From contig BDTI01000150.1 of assembly GCA_002923215.1 (NCBI GenBank), forward strand, positions 1-34,655: a stretch of DNA of 34,655 nucleotides. Reading direction: 5' to 3'. The DNA is from an archaeon BMS3Abin16. GTDB lineage: Archaea; Hydrothermarchaeota; Hydrothermarchaeia; Hydrothermarchaeales; SZUA-236. Under the pieces are notes generated by a model. It worked only from the letters and a program-made list of their open reading frames with translations, did no database searches and had not been told where the DNA came from. Of this stretch, positions 1 to 9,576 are shown piece after piece; position 1 is the stretch's first letter, and each line of letters opens with the position of its first letter. The position numbers were made by a program, and so were the translations under genes.

Positions 1-581
1 TACTTGATAAGATCAGTGGCGAGCTAAATTTTTTGGGAGAGGTAGTGGTTGCGATAAAAAACCTGCCCACAATAAAAGAAGGATACACCGTGGTTCTTGC
101 AGGCATGCCAAACGTTGGAAAATCATCGCTTCTCCGGGGGCTCACACCTTCAACGCCTGAGATACAAACCTATCCCTTCACCACAAAAAACATCCTCGTA
201 GGCTACATCCCGGTTGGACCACGTGAAATCCAGATAATCGACACACCCGGCATACTTGACCGCCCGCTTAAAGACCGAAACCCAATTGAAAAACAGGCTA
301 TACTCGCGCTTCGAGAGCTTGCAGACATCATCCTATTCATCTTCGACCCAACTGAAACCTGCGGCTACCCTCTGAACTCGCAAATCAGCCTCTACCGTGA
401 AATCGAATCTAACTTTCAACGTGTAAATCCGATTCTGAACAAATCAGACATTACAAGTGAAAAAACAGCCCGCAATGTTGAATTAGAAATAGGTAAACCC
501 GCGTTGAAATGCTCAGCCATAGAAAACGATGTTGATGAAGTTAAAAACTTTATCCTTCAATCCTCGAAAAACAGACTGTAG
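1..581 (+). CDS. NOG1/Obg-type TRAFAC GTPase, 3' portion (gene starts left of the window)
   Basis: Frame 3 is already open from nt 3 (LDKISGELNFLGEVV...), so nt 33 is not the true start. G1 GMPNVGKSS, G2 YPFTT, G3 DTPG and G4 NKSD occur in canonical order. Stop at 579-581. Confidence 0.75.
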   Translation, partial: LDKISGELNFLGEVVVAIKNLPTIKEGYTVVLAGMPNVGKSSLLRGLTPSTPEIQTYPFTTKNILVGYIPVGPREIQIIDTPGILDRPLKDRNPIEKQAILALRELADIILFIFDPTETCGYPLNSQISLYREIESNFQRVNPILNKSDITSEKTARNVELEIGKPALKCSAIENDVDEVKNFILQSSKNRL

Positions 582-3493
582 TCAGGTTCTTCCATTGGCG
601 CGTATGTGCCCCAGATTACGAAGCTTTCTTTTTTGGGTTTGCCACCAAAGAGTTTTTTGATCTTTATTGTGGCCACATCGGACAGAACCATTACATTGTC
701 AAAATGTCGCTCAAGCTCGTCGGTTGCGAGATCCGGGGCAAGTGTTATAATGCTTGTTACGTTCCACCGTCTGAATCCTTCAACTTGTTTTTTCACAAGA
801 TCCAGGATTTCATCGGTGTTCTGATATTTCGCAAGGTCGGTGTAGATGTCGAGAACTATTCTTTTATGCACATCTTTAGAGTGTTTCTTCACATCAGCCA
901 CAACAGCCTGCTTCACCTGTATCAGGCTTGTTGAGATGATCTGGCGATCGTCTTTTTTGATCGGAATATGCACAACATTGTCTGTGTGCGTGCTCAGGTA
1001 GAGATCGATTATTGAAAGATTCTCTTGACTGTCACTTACGCGGTTGAAAAGATCCAGCAGGTCCTTTGATGACACACGTGACGTTGCGAAAATCCCAGGT
1101 TCACCCTCCTTCAAACCTTCTGAGATAAACATGAAGAGGACATCGTTTTTCGCACGCCGCTCCTCAGTAAGAAACAAGGTGGATGTGCCCTTGATAAACC
1201 CGCCGTAAAGCACTTCATCAAGCTCTTTTACACCGCTTGGAACCACATTTAAGACATCGGCGCGGGTAAATCCATAGAGTGAAAGCCTGGTTTTAACCTC
1301 TGTTTGAACCGCCTCGCGAAGCAGCATGCGGTTAAAAGGAAAGGTGTCTCCAAGCCCCTTAATATAGAGCCGCAGATACTTTAAAAAACCCTTTCTACCA
1401 AGCTCAGCCGCCAGGTTAATTCTCACACCCTCCTCTGTAAAGATGATGTTTTTAAAGAACTCATCGACAGCGACCAAATTTTTAACCAGGCTGCTGTAAT
1501 CCTCAAGGGAGAGAAAAGGCTTTATAGCATCGTTTATCCGGGTGATTGTGGTCTCCAAAAGCTTGGTGTAATATTTGTCAGCCTTGAAATCCTTTGCAAG
1601 CTCAGGAGGGAGGAGCAGGAGTTTTTCGCCAAGGAGTTTTTCAATCTCAGCTTTCACATCATCGTCAAAGGGCACAACGGGCACGCCTCCACGGTTTGCG
1701 GCAGAATCCATTTTATACAGCATTGCAACCGCAGCCGCAGACCTTGCCTTCTCATTCACCATGCTCAGATCAAAGGTTCGCTCAGGAGCATAGAACCTGG
1801 CCTTCTCAAGATCAGGGTCAATGTCCTTATAGGATTCTACAACATCGTCCCACATCTCCTCAAGGACATCTGTTCTGAAAAAATGCCCGGCCACATGGTT
1901 GAGTAGATCCATAATATCTTTTTTCTCAGTATATTCTTTAACGCGGAGTGTTGTTGTGGAATAGACATCGGCGATAAGGATTGTGAAGTATCCGAAAAAG
2001 ACTAGGCCGAAGAATGGGAACTGGGACAGCAAGCCTTCCGGAAACTGAATGTACATAACAAAAACAGTGATAAAGACTCCGAGGCCGGCGAAATAGGAAA
2101 GCGTTGTAATCACACCGCGCTCCATAAGCTCCTCAAAACCTTTGTGCGTGCGCCTTAGAAATGTAAAATAGAAGAGGAAGAAGATGCCGATCAGTGTGAG
2201 CGGGAAAAAGGGGTATCTCCCCAAAAACACATCCAGTGTTGTTGTCTTACCCTGTGTAAGAATCACCAAGAAAAAGATTGTAAAGAACAGGGAAAAAATC
2301 GACACGGCATATCGAGCAATGTCCAGGGGATTGGGTTGCACCTTAACATTCAGGTCTCTCGTGAGCTTTCTAATATCAAGGGTCGTTGTAATATAGAAGA
2401 GCATTGAAAGACCAAAAAAGACACTGAAAAGGATTTTATCCGTAAATTCAAGGGAGTGCCATAAGACAGCGGCAACAGAGAGGATATAGAATGACAAAGC
2501 GAGGTGCGCTGTTATTTCAGCTTTAATATAGTTCCAGTATCCAAGCGTGGTTTCACCAGCAAAAGTCCGTGTATATAGAAATAGGATTGCCGCCGGAACA
2601 AAGAGAACGGCGCTTATCACGAGTGCCCAGCCTGGGATCGCAACGACAATCCCTAAATCTTTGAGTGTGAAATAAAGTGAAATCGAAAGGAAGGCAAGTG
2701 TAAGCGCCGTCGCTATACGGATAGGGTCAATCGGTAGATATGCCTTCCACTTAGGCTGAATAGCAGAAGGATAATCAACCACAAACCTCAGAAATTGGGT
2801 AACCGTTACAATAGACAATGCAGCGTAAAAAAATACATAGTAATAGAGAGCATTTAGCACTTCAGAGGAGGGGACATTAAGGAGGATGAAAATAGTTATC
2901 AAAACAGATATAAGGTACGATAATCCTCCAACGCTCCCTATTAAAAATGGTCTGTATACAAATCCCAAATCAGAATATCGCCCAGATACAATTTTAATTA
3001 AAGAAATAAAGTAGAAGAAAATCACCAATGTGAGGGCGACATAAGGGAAAAGCACTCCAATATTACTTTTAGGGAAAGGGATGCCAGTTAGAAGTTTCAC
3101 TGAAAAAAAGATGAATAACGGAAAACCTGTAAAAGCAGGAATATACTCTCTTTTGAATATGTTCAATGATTTCAATATCGGAGCTGCTAGATTATATGTC
3201 GTTAATAGAACTAAAAAGTGAGATAGTATATCAAAAAAGATGATGAGTATAAGGTATGTGGTCGGTACACCAATTTGAGAGAATCTGTAGAGAAGTAAAG
3301 ACAATGAAATCGCTAAAACTGCCCCCCAATTATTCCCATAAATTATGTTGTCCCAAATCCCGGAATGGATACTCTTTTTCGTTTCTTTCATCATTGCATA
3401 CAAAGCAGCATGGTATTGAGATTGTAAAATGATATATAGAAGGATATATGAAGGGAATTCAAACAAAAATCTGCTATAAATGCCTCCAGCCAT
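557..3493 (-). CDS. Large polytopic membrane protein with a cytoplasmic C-terminal KaiC/RecA-like domain lacking a Walker A motif (DUF835-like)
   Basis: 978-aa ORF. The N-terminal ~530 aa is a series of ~16 hydrophobic 20-25 aa segments. The C-terminal ~230 aa resembles the archaeal KaiC/RadA-type module (GVKELDEVLYGGFIKGTSTLFLTEERRAKN), but the position where GxxGxGK[ST] is expected reads TEERRAKN. The 3' end overlaps the convergent GTPase gene by 25 nt. Confidence 0.55.
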   Translation of the reverse strand: MAGGIYSRFLFEFPSYILLYIILQSQYHAALYAMMKETKKSIHSGIWDNIIYGNNWGAVLAISLSLLLYRFSQIGVPTTYLILIIFFDILSHFLVLLTTYNLAAPILKSLNIFKREYIPAFTGFPLFIFFSVKLLTGIPFPKSNIGVLFPYVALTLVIFFYFISLIKIVSGRYSDLGFVYRPFLIGSVGGLSYLISVLITIFILLNVPSSEVLNALYYYVFFYAALSIVTVTQFLRFVVDYPSAIQPKWKAYLPIDPIRIATALTLAFLSISLYFTLKDLGIVVAIPGWALVISAVLFVPAAILFLYTRTFAGETTLGYWNYIKAEITAHLALSFYILSVAAVLWHSLEFTDKILFSVFFGLSMLFYITTTLDIRKLTRDLNVKVQPNPLDIARYAVSIFSLFFTIFFLVILTQGKTTTLDVFLGRYPFFPLTLIGIFFLFYFTFLRRTHKGFEELMERGVITTLSYFAGLGVFITVFVMYIQFPEGLLSQFPFFGLVFFGYFTILIADVYSTTTLRVKEYTEKKDIMDLLNHVAGHFFRTDVLEEMWDDVVESYKDIDPDLEKARFYAPERTFDLSMVNEKARSAAAVAMLYKMDSAANRGGVPVVPFDDDVKAEIEKLLGEKLLLLPPELAKDFKADKYYTKLLETTITRINDAIKPFLSLEDYSSLVKNLVAVDEFFKNIIFTEEGVRINLAAELGRKGFLKYLRLYIKGLGDTFPFNRMLLREAVQTEVKTRLSLYGFTRADVLNVVPSGVKELDEVLYGGFIKGTSTLFLTEERRAKNDVLFMFISEGLKEGEPGIFATSRVSSKDLLDLFNRVSDSQENLSIIDLYLSTHTDNVVHIPIKKDDRQIISTSLIQVKQAVVADVKKHSKDVHKRIVLDIYTDLAKYQNTDEILDLVKKQVEGFRRWNVTSIITLAPDLATDELERHFDNVMVLSDVATIKIKKLFGGKPKKESFVIWGTYAPMEEPDYSLFFED

Positions 3494-3525
3494 GGTTAAA
3501 TAGAGTTTATTGCACTATTATAAAC

Positions 3526-4719
3526 CTATTGTTTTTTGTATCTTTTTAATATGATCTTTTTAAGAATGGAATAATCTAGTGTCTTAAGATGATTCAACTC
3601 TTCAAGAGAAAAAAGGTCTGATACAATGCCGACCCTAATGAGATGATACGTTTTTTCCGTTTTTTTCCCGGTTTCATACAAAATTTTTGTCAGCACATCT
3701 GAATATTCAAAAAAGTTCTTACATTTTTCTTCGATGGTTTTTACATATGATTCTAGTCCCTTTCCGTGTACAGCATATTCAGCAGCAGATTGCCCTGCGA
3801 TATCACCACATAATATGCCGGGTAGGAAGCCCTCCACAAAAGGCTTGAGGTTCTGATTTGCCGCATCACCAACAAACAAAATATTTCCGTAATGCCATTT
3901 TTCAGTTTGAGGGAGAAAAGGAACCAATCCTTCTTTTTCCTTAATGATTAAATTCTCGCCACCCAAAAGATTGTTTACTTCAGGCAGTTCTAAGAAGTTG
4001 TCGTAAAATTCCTTAATAGAATCTTTTTTAAATAGAGCCGCCACCCCCACATTGGCCCTATTATTGGAAAGGGGAAAGATATACCCATATCCCCCTGGAG
4101 CAAAATCTCCGAAAAACATATAATCCAGATTAGAGTTTACTTTCACGCCACTTAATTCAAAACTATAAACATACCCTGTTTTTTCTAAATCAACTTCAAA
4201 GCCCAGCAGGTTCAAGACAGTTGAGTCTACACCATCTGCAGCAATCACGACTTTTGGCTTAATTTCCGTTTCTACATTATTTGTTTTTACTCTAACAGTA
4301 GATACATGGTACCCTTCACGAGTTTCAACGTCGATAAGCTCGGTGTCCAAGAGTAATTTTGCACCAGCTTTTACTGCGTTATCCGCTAGCCATTTGTCAA
4401 ACTTTTCCCTATTTATTGCATAACCGGACCACATCCCCCCTTTTCTTTCGATTGTTATGTCATCTACATTGAAAGAAATTCCATCTATCTTCCAGAGCAG
4501 CTGGTCTTTTGGCATTTTAAATGGCAGATGAGATATGAGATAGCTTCCAATACCCTCAGCACACTGCACCGGCACACCAACTTCCTTCTTTTTGTCTATG
4601 AAAATAGTCTTAGCCCCACCTTTGGCTGCAGCCCACGCCGCACTTGATCCAGCCGGCCCTGCACCAACCACCAGAACATCACATTCAATAGTCAATATAC
4701 GTTGTCTCCCTGAAGTCAA
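3526..4719 (-). CDS. Geranylgeranyl reductase family FAD-dependent oxidoreductase (paralog 1)
   Basis: Rossmann motif CDVLVVGAGPAGSSAA, then VPVQCAEGIG, VVIAADGVDS and LFVGDAANQ, as in archaeal digeranylgeranylglycerophospholipid reductase-like proteins. The TTG start overlaps the upstream stop (TTGA). An alternative TTG lies at 4695. Confidence 0.8.
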   Translation of the reverse strand: MTSGRQRILTIECDVLVVGAGPAGSSAAWAAAKGGAKTIFIDKKKEVGVPVQCAEGIGSYLISHLPFKMPKDQLLWKIDGISFNVDDITIERKGGMWSGYAINREKFDKWLADNAVKAGAKLLLDTELIDVETREGYHVSTVRVKTNNVETEIKPKVVIAADGVDSTVLNLLGFEVDLEKTGYVYSFELSGVKVNSNLDYMFFGDFAPGGYGYIFPLSNNRANVGVAALFKKDSIKEFYDNFLELPEVNNLLGGENLIIKEKEGLVPFLPQTEKWHYGNILFVGDAANQNLKPFVEGFLPGILCGDIAGQSAAEYAVHGKGLESYVKTIEEKCKNFFEYSDVLTKILYETGKKTEKTYHLIRVGIVSDLFSLEELNHLKTLDYSILKKIILKRYKKQ

Positions 4720-5846
4720 TTGACACTCTTTCCACTTAACTGCCTTAAAATGGCATCTATGTCAGTCTTTTTATCTAGCTCAGTTATAATTTCTGCAATC
4801 AAGTCTAGATCGTCATTGGTTAGTGATTCAAAGACTCTCTCATATAGATAGGAGAGTCGTTTGTCAAATTTTTCCCGGACCATAGAATCATAGTTCTGCA
4901 ACAGTCCGAGGTCTTCTTCAAGTGCCCGCTTAATAGTTTGTCCTGCATAATAGCTGCTAACTATTGCCGAGGTCATCCCATATCCAAAAAATGGATCCAA
5001 TAATCCTGCCGCCTCGCCGATAAAAACCAGGTTTTCACTAACAAGAGAGTCAAGATCAAAGATTTGACCTTCGCCAAAGAATGGCGTCGAATCTTTCCCA
5101 ATCAAATCGGATACACTGGGATGTTTTAACATAAATGCTTGAAATGCGTCTTTAGCTTTTTGCTTCATATGCTCGGAGTCAATCACTATGCACGCCGTGG
5201 AAACCCCACTCTCCCCTGTTATAAGATAAAAATAACCTCCCGGTAACAGCTCAGCGTCAAAGTAAACGTTAGATGAATTAGGGTTTGTGTAGTTTTCTCC
5301 CGTAAGCCCATATCCGATCTTCTTTCGGCCTTCTGATTTTTTAGTGACAAATCGGTGAAACATTGAATTACCGCCGTCAGCAGCGATAACAACACAGGGT
5401 TTTATTCGTTTAACGTCTCCATTTATCTTGACAGTTAGAGAATCAATCTTTCCATCTTTCTCTAAAACATCCTCGATTTTTGAATTACAATAGACCCGGC
5501 AACCTGCCTCTTCCGCCTTTGCAACCGTATCCACTTCGAAGGAATCGCTATCAGGACCTCGCTTGAAGAAATATTCAGGTGAAGAGGATTCTAATTGAAA
5601 GTAGTTTCCAGAGGGCGGGTGCCACCGTGACGTGTAAACACGGTTTTCTACCTTTAGATTCAGCTCTTCAATTATTTTCGAAAGTTCGCCATCTGCGGAT
5701 GCATCTAGTTTAGTTTTTGTATGGCTTCCAACAGCCGTGTTTTTTTCCAGAAGTATTGTGTTCAACCCGTTTTTTGCACATATCAAAGAAACAACAGATC
5801 CTGCCGGCCCTGCCCCCACTACTAAAACATCGCATTCAATTGTCAA
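4716..5846 (-). CDS. Geranylgeranyl reductase family FAD-dependent oxidoreductase (paralog 2, divergent)
   Basis: CDVLVVGAGPAGSV, VVIAADGGNS and VFIGEAAGLLDPFFGYG motifs. TTG start at 5846, preceded by GAGGTG (5855-5860) with 8-nt spacing. Confidence 0.75.
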   Translation of the reverse strand: MTIECDVLVVGAGPAGSVVSLICAKNGLNTILLEKNTAVGSHTKTKLDASADGELSKIIEELNLKVENRVYTSRWHPPSGNYFQLESSSPEYFFKRGPDSDSFEVDTVAKAEEAGCRVYCNSKIEDVLEKDGKIDSLTVKINGDVKRIKPCVVIAADGGNSMFHRFVTKKSEGRKKIGYGLTGENYTNPNSSNVYFDAELLPGGYFYLITGESGVSTACIVIDSEHMKQKAKDAFQAFMLKHPSVSDLIGKDSTPFFGEGQIFDLDSLVSENLVFIGEAAGLLDPFFGYGMTSAIVSSYYAGQTIKRALEEDLGLLQNYDSMVREKFDKRLSYLYERVFESLTNDDLDLIAEIITELDKKTDIDAILRQLSGKSVN

Positions 5847-5883
5847 GCACTTAGCACCTCAGGACTGATTTTAATCATAAAAC

Positions 5884-5893
5884 AATATATAAA
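5884..5893 (-). promoter_or_regulatory. Candidate archaeal TATA box for the tandem reductase operon
   Basis: The minus strand reads AAAGGA-TTTATATATT, a purine-rich BRE-like stretch followed by a TATA box, 37 nt upstream of the TTG start. This would give a short 5' UTR that carries the GAGGTG RBS. Confidence 0.35.
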
Positions 5894-6104
5894 TCCTTTG
5901 CCGAAAATGGAAAAATAAACGTCGAAAACAGTGTTTTTAGGAAAAAATTTTCACCACACCCCCCCATTCTTACTAAAAAGCCAGGAAATCAAGCTACAAA
6001 CCACTGCCAAAACTTTTGAAAGTTCCTTGGAGAACACTCCGCCAGACTATAATATAAACCCAGAATGTGTAAGTTGATCTACAAACAAAAAGGCAAAAAT
6101 AAAA

Positions 6105-6638
6105 TCACTTCTCAGCAATCCTTTGCAGAACGTCTTTGATGCCCTTCAAGAGCACTGTATTCTCGCTTAGAATGCCGGTGTGTTCGTTCAGAATGCCGGA
6201 CTGTTCGCTTAGAATGCCCGTGTGTTCGTTCAGAATCCCTGTGTGCTCGCTTAGAATGCCGGACTGTTCATTTAGAATCCCCGTATGATCCCTCATTATA
6301 CCGATACCCACATCAAGCTTCTCGCCAATCTCCTCCCACTCGGTAGAAGCTATCTTAACAAACCTAGGCGGCAGGTCAATGTCCCTGGAGACCTCCCGCT
6401 TAACAACACCTTCGATCTCAGCCCCAATAGCCTCTGTCTTCTTCTCAACATCCTCAAAAAAAGAGTCTATTACATCATTCGCCCCTTCGATGATGACCTT
6501 CACAGTGCCGTCTATGTCATTAAATACAAAGCCCCTGAGCCGCTGAAAATTGGCAAGTTCTGTGATAAGCTCTCTGAGCCCAATGTCCTGAACTTTCCCC
6601 TGGATTACAACGTTATAGCGGTTAACCTGAACCTGCAT
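6105..6638 (-). CDS. Acylphosphatase-like domain protein with a C-terminal heptad-repeat array
   Basis: The N-terminal ~90 aa fits the acylphosphatase/HypF-N pattern (IQGKVQDIGLR...LRGFVFNDIDGTVKVIIEG). The C-terminus carries six tandem 7-aa units [HQ][TS]GIL[NS]E plus one degenerate unit. Confidence 0.6.
   Translation of the reverse strand: MQVQVNRYNVVIQGKVQDIGLRELITELANFQRLRGFVFNDIDGTVKVIIEGANDVIDSFFEDVEKKTEAIGAEIEGVVKREVSRDIDLPPRFVKIASTEWEEIGEKLDVGIGIMRDHTGILNEQSGILSEHTGILNEHTGILSEQSGILNEHTGILSENTVLLKGIKDVLQRIAEK
6162..6287 (-). repeat. Six tandem 21-bp units, in-frame coding repeat
   Basis: Units begin at 6162, 6183, 6204, 6225, 6246 and 6267 (e.g. ctcgcttagaatgccggtgtg / ttcgttcagaatgccggactg). 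Each encodes one xxGILxE heptad of the 6105-6638 ORF. Confidence 0.9.
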
Positions 6639-6663
6639 AGAGTATAAAAAAGCAGTTCAAGAG

Positions 6664-6672
6664 TATTTATAT
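6664..6672 (-). promoter_or_regulatory. Candidate TATA box, leaderless-type spacing
   Basis: The minus strand reads ATATAAATA, with 25 nt between the box and the ATG at 6638. Confidence 0.35.
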
Positions 6673-6937
6673 CTTTCTTTATGTTCACCTTCCCCTGATA
6701 GGCTCTAGAAAGTTGAATTTTCGGCTATATTCAAGTATAAATTTCAGAGCATACATGACAAAAACGATTACAGCGCACACCGCCATGTTGCAGACGGCAG
6801 TTTTTGTCTCCGTCTAAACCTTTTACTGTATTAACCCATCCAATAAACGCAGGGTTATGTTTGTTTAAAACAGTTTGTTTCCGCGATGGAAAAATTTAAA
6901 AATAGAAAATAACATTAGTTCTATTAGGTGTATATGC

Positions 6938-7240
6938 ATGACAGATAAAAAAGATGAGAAAAAAGTGTATGAACAGTTGAAGATGCTCTGGGAGCAAAAC
7001 ATCAAGCCCCACATACTCTTCATAGTCCTTAGGACACATGAGGACGGGGAGTTCTACAGGGGAAAATGGTTTGTGGACCAAGGTTATAATCTTACCGAAG
7101 TCTACGACGCCATCGAGATCCTGGTCGCTAAAGGCGACCTAACACGGCAGGGGAAAAAAACAAGGATAACACCAAAGGGACGTAGGACACTCAAGCATGT
7201 AGACGAGGCCATCGAAAGAACCTCAGCAATCATAGGCTAG
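6938..7240 (+). CDS. Small hypothetical protein, probable winged-helix DNA-binding fold
   Basis: ATG at 6938 is preceded by GGTG (6927-6930). The listed ORF start at 6875 has no RBS. The C-terminal half (LTEVYDAIEILVAKGDLTRQGKKTRITPKGRRTL) looks like a recognition helix plus wing. Confidence 0.45.
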   Translation: MTDKKDEKKVYEQLKMLWEQNIKPHILFIVLRTHEDGEFYRGKWFVDQGYNLTEVYDAIEILVAKGDLTRQGKKTRITPKGRRTLKHVDEAIERTSAIIG

Positions 7241-7416
7241 AGGCGCGGATGGAGGATCTGTTCTTTTGCCATAGACCAAGTGCACTGAGACATCTGGAAA
7301 GGATGACGCCTGCAGATTGATTTAAATATGTCTAAAAGGAGAATTATATAGTTTCAACTAGCCCTCATAGCTAAAAAGCAGCCATAGAGGGTTAGGAGAC
7401 GATAGTAGGTGAATGC

Positions 7417-9352
7417 ATGGTTGTGCGCTACATATTAGCTGTTTCTGTCCTGCTTCAATTTACTGCAGCTTTTTTAGCTTTGAAACTGATCCGAGTTACA
7501 GGGAGACGCGCGGCATGGATATTGATTGCAGCAGCCATTCTTCTCATGGCTGTCAGGCGCAGCATCACATTATACCGACTAGCCTCTGGACATGTGCTCC
7601 TCCAGCCCGACCCGACTGCGGAATTGGTCGCCCTGGTCATATCGGTGCTTATGGTGGCTGGGATAGCAAAGATTAGTTCGCTTTTTCTCTCCATCAAACA
7701 GTCGGAGGAGGCGCTGCGGGAGTCTGAAGAGAAATTTAGAGGTCTTGCTGAGAAGTCTCCCAACATGATCTTTATCAACATGAAAGGAAGGATCGTGTAT
7801 GCTAATGAGGCTTGCCAGGAGATACTTGGATACAGAAGAGAGGAGTTTTACTCTCCTGATTTTAATTTTCTCAGCTTGATCGCCCCGGAATGCGCGGATC
7901 TAGTTAAGGCAAATTTCGAAAGACATGCAAAGGGGAGGGAGGTGCCTCCAGTTGAATATACGCTTATCACCAAAGAGGGTAAAAGAATCGTGGGGCTGCA
8001 CACGACAAAACTGATACGATACGAAGGCGAAAGTGCTGTTCTCGGCATAATCGCTGACATCACCGAGCGCAAGCGGGCTGAAGAGGAACTGCGCAGAGTA
8101 AACCGGGGACTCAAGATGCTCAGTGCATTCAACCAGACATTGGTGCGCACCATGGACGAGCCCAGTTTACTGCGCAACACATGCCGCGTTATAGTTGAGG
8201 TCGGGGGATATCGATTTGCCTGGATCGGATTCGCCGAATCTGATGAAGAAAAGACTGTGCGGCCGGTGGCACAGGCAGGCTACGAGAAAGGCTATCTCGA
8301 TACAGTACACATTGTTTGGTCAGATACTGAACAAGGCCGCGGCCCCACAGGCACAGCTATCCGCACAGGTAAATCGATTGTTTGTAAAAAGATGCTAACT
8401 GATCCGCGGTATTCTCCATGGCGCTCTGAAGCGAGCGAGCGCGGATATGCATCGTCGATTGCCCTTCCTTTGATTGCTAGAGACCAAACCCTTGGAGCAT
8501 TAAACGTTTATGCAAGAGAGCCGGATGCCTTTGACTCAGAGGAGGTAAAGTTACTAGTGGAACTGGCAGACGATCTGGCCTATGGCATCATGGCACTTCG
8601 CACGCGCGCTGAGCATGAGCGCTCTGAAAAAGCATTGAAAACAGCCTGGCAAGAGCTGAAAAGCCTGGACGAGTTGAAAAGCAACATCATCACAAATGTG
8701 GGTCACGAGCTGCGCACTCCACTGACCATAGCCAACTCTGCCCTGGAGCTTGCAAGTGACGAAGAAGACCCAAAAGAAAAGAACATGCTTTTGAAGATGG
8801 CTGAAAATGCGCTTTCGCGACAGAACATTGTTGTGGAAAATCTCATAGAGGCTGCGAGCATGAAGCCTCATAAGATGAAGTTACCACCTGCTCCAGTGAA
8901 CATGGATCAAATCATAACCTTAGTATGTGATGAATTCATACGTACACTTAAAAAACATGATCTAACGATAGAGCTCAGAGTAGAGAAGGAGCTGCCCCTT
9001 GTTAAAGCGGACAACACAAAACTTAAACTCATCTTGCGAAACCTCCTGGAAAATGCGATAAAGTTCAATAAAAAAGGCGGGAAGATAGTCCTCAATGCAA
9101 GGAAAAAAGATGGCGTGGTAGAGGTCTGTGTGAGAGATACTGGCATAGGTATTCCGAAGGATGGATGAGCAAGAGAAGATCTTTGACCGCTTGTATCAAA
9201 TGGACAGCTCCACAAGCAGGGTCTACGGAGGCATCGGCATGGGGCTTGCAATAGCCAAAACGATAGTTGAAGGATTCGATGGAAAATTGACAGTGTCAAG
9301 TGAACCTGGGGAGGGGAGCAGTTTTTGCTTCACCCTGCCGATCTATGAATGA
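7417..9352 (+). pseudogene. Membrane-bound PAS-GAF sensor histidine kinase, frameshifted inside the HATPase_c domain
   Basis: N-terminal TM helices, then a PAS-like and a GAF-like region. HisKA H-box is NVGHELRTPL and the N-box is LRNLLENAIKF. The G1 box VRDTGIGIPKDG then hits a stop at 9166-9168. The rest of the domain (EQEKIFDRLYQ...GGIGMGLAIAK) continues in the +1 frame as ORF 9161-9352. The junction reads aaGGATGGATGag. Confidence 0.8.
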
Positions 9353-9368
9353 TGAGCAAGGGCTTATC

Positions 9369-9491
9369 CTATACTTGAAGGCCGATTAGATATAGGATAT
9401 AGATGATAATTCCACTTATGAGAATATTGTAGACAGCAGTTGCTTCAGCCTTTTTTCGTTTCCAACAAACCGCACCCACACCATTTATCAT
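9369..9491 (-). CDS. Small hydrophobic peptide ORF (40 aa), paralog A
   Basis: Not in the ORF track (<60 aa). Translation: MINGVGAVCWKRKKAEATAVYNILISGIIIYILYLIGLQV. TTTATAT (9515-9521, minus) lies 23 nt upstream of the ATG, a leaderless-type spacing. It is paralogous to 9577-9690. Confidence 0.4.
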   Translation of the reverse strand: MINGVGAVCWKRKKAEATAVYNILISGIIIYILYLIGLQV

Positions 9492-9576
9492 GCTAAATAA
9501 TATTATCTATATAGATATAAATAATTTTTCCAACTCCAAAAGTCCCCCATGCATTCCGAATGGCTGAAACCTGTAT

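Noticed and set aside
6162-6287. Possible CRISPR-like array, suggested by regular short repeats
   Set aside because: The units are directly abutting 21-mers with no spacers, and they lie in-frame inside a CDS. This is a coding tandem repeat, not a CRISPR array.
6285-6647. 120-aa plus-strand ORF
   Set aside because: It is antisense to the acylphosphatase-like gene, whose frame is supported by a domain match and by the in-frame 21-bp repeats.
9159-9167. Programmed +1 frameshift in the histidine kinase
   Set aside because: Removing one GGAT unit restores the exact consensus spacing of HATPase_c. There is no slippery heptamer or downstream structure. A duplication mutation is the simpler explanation.
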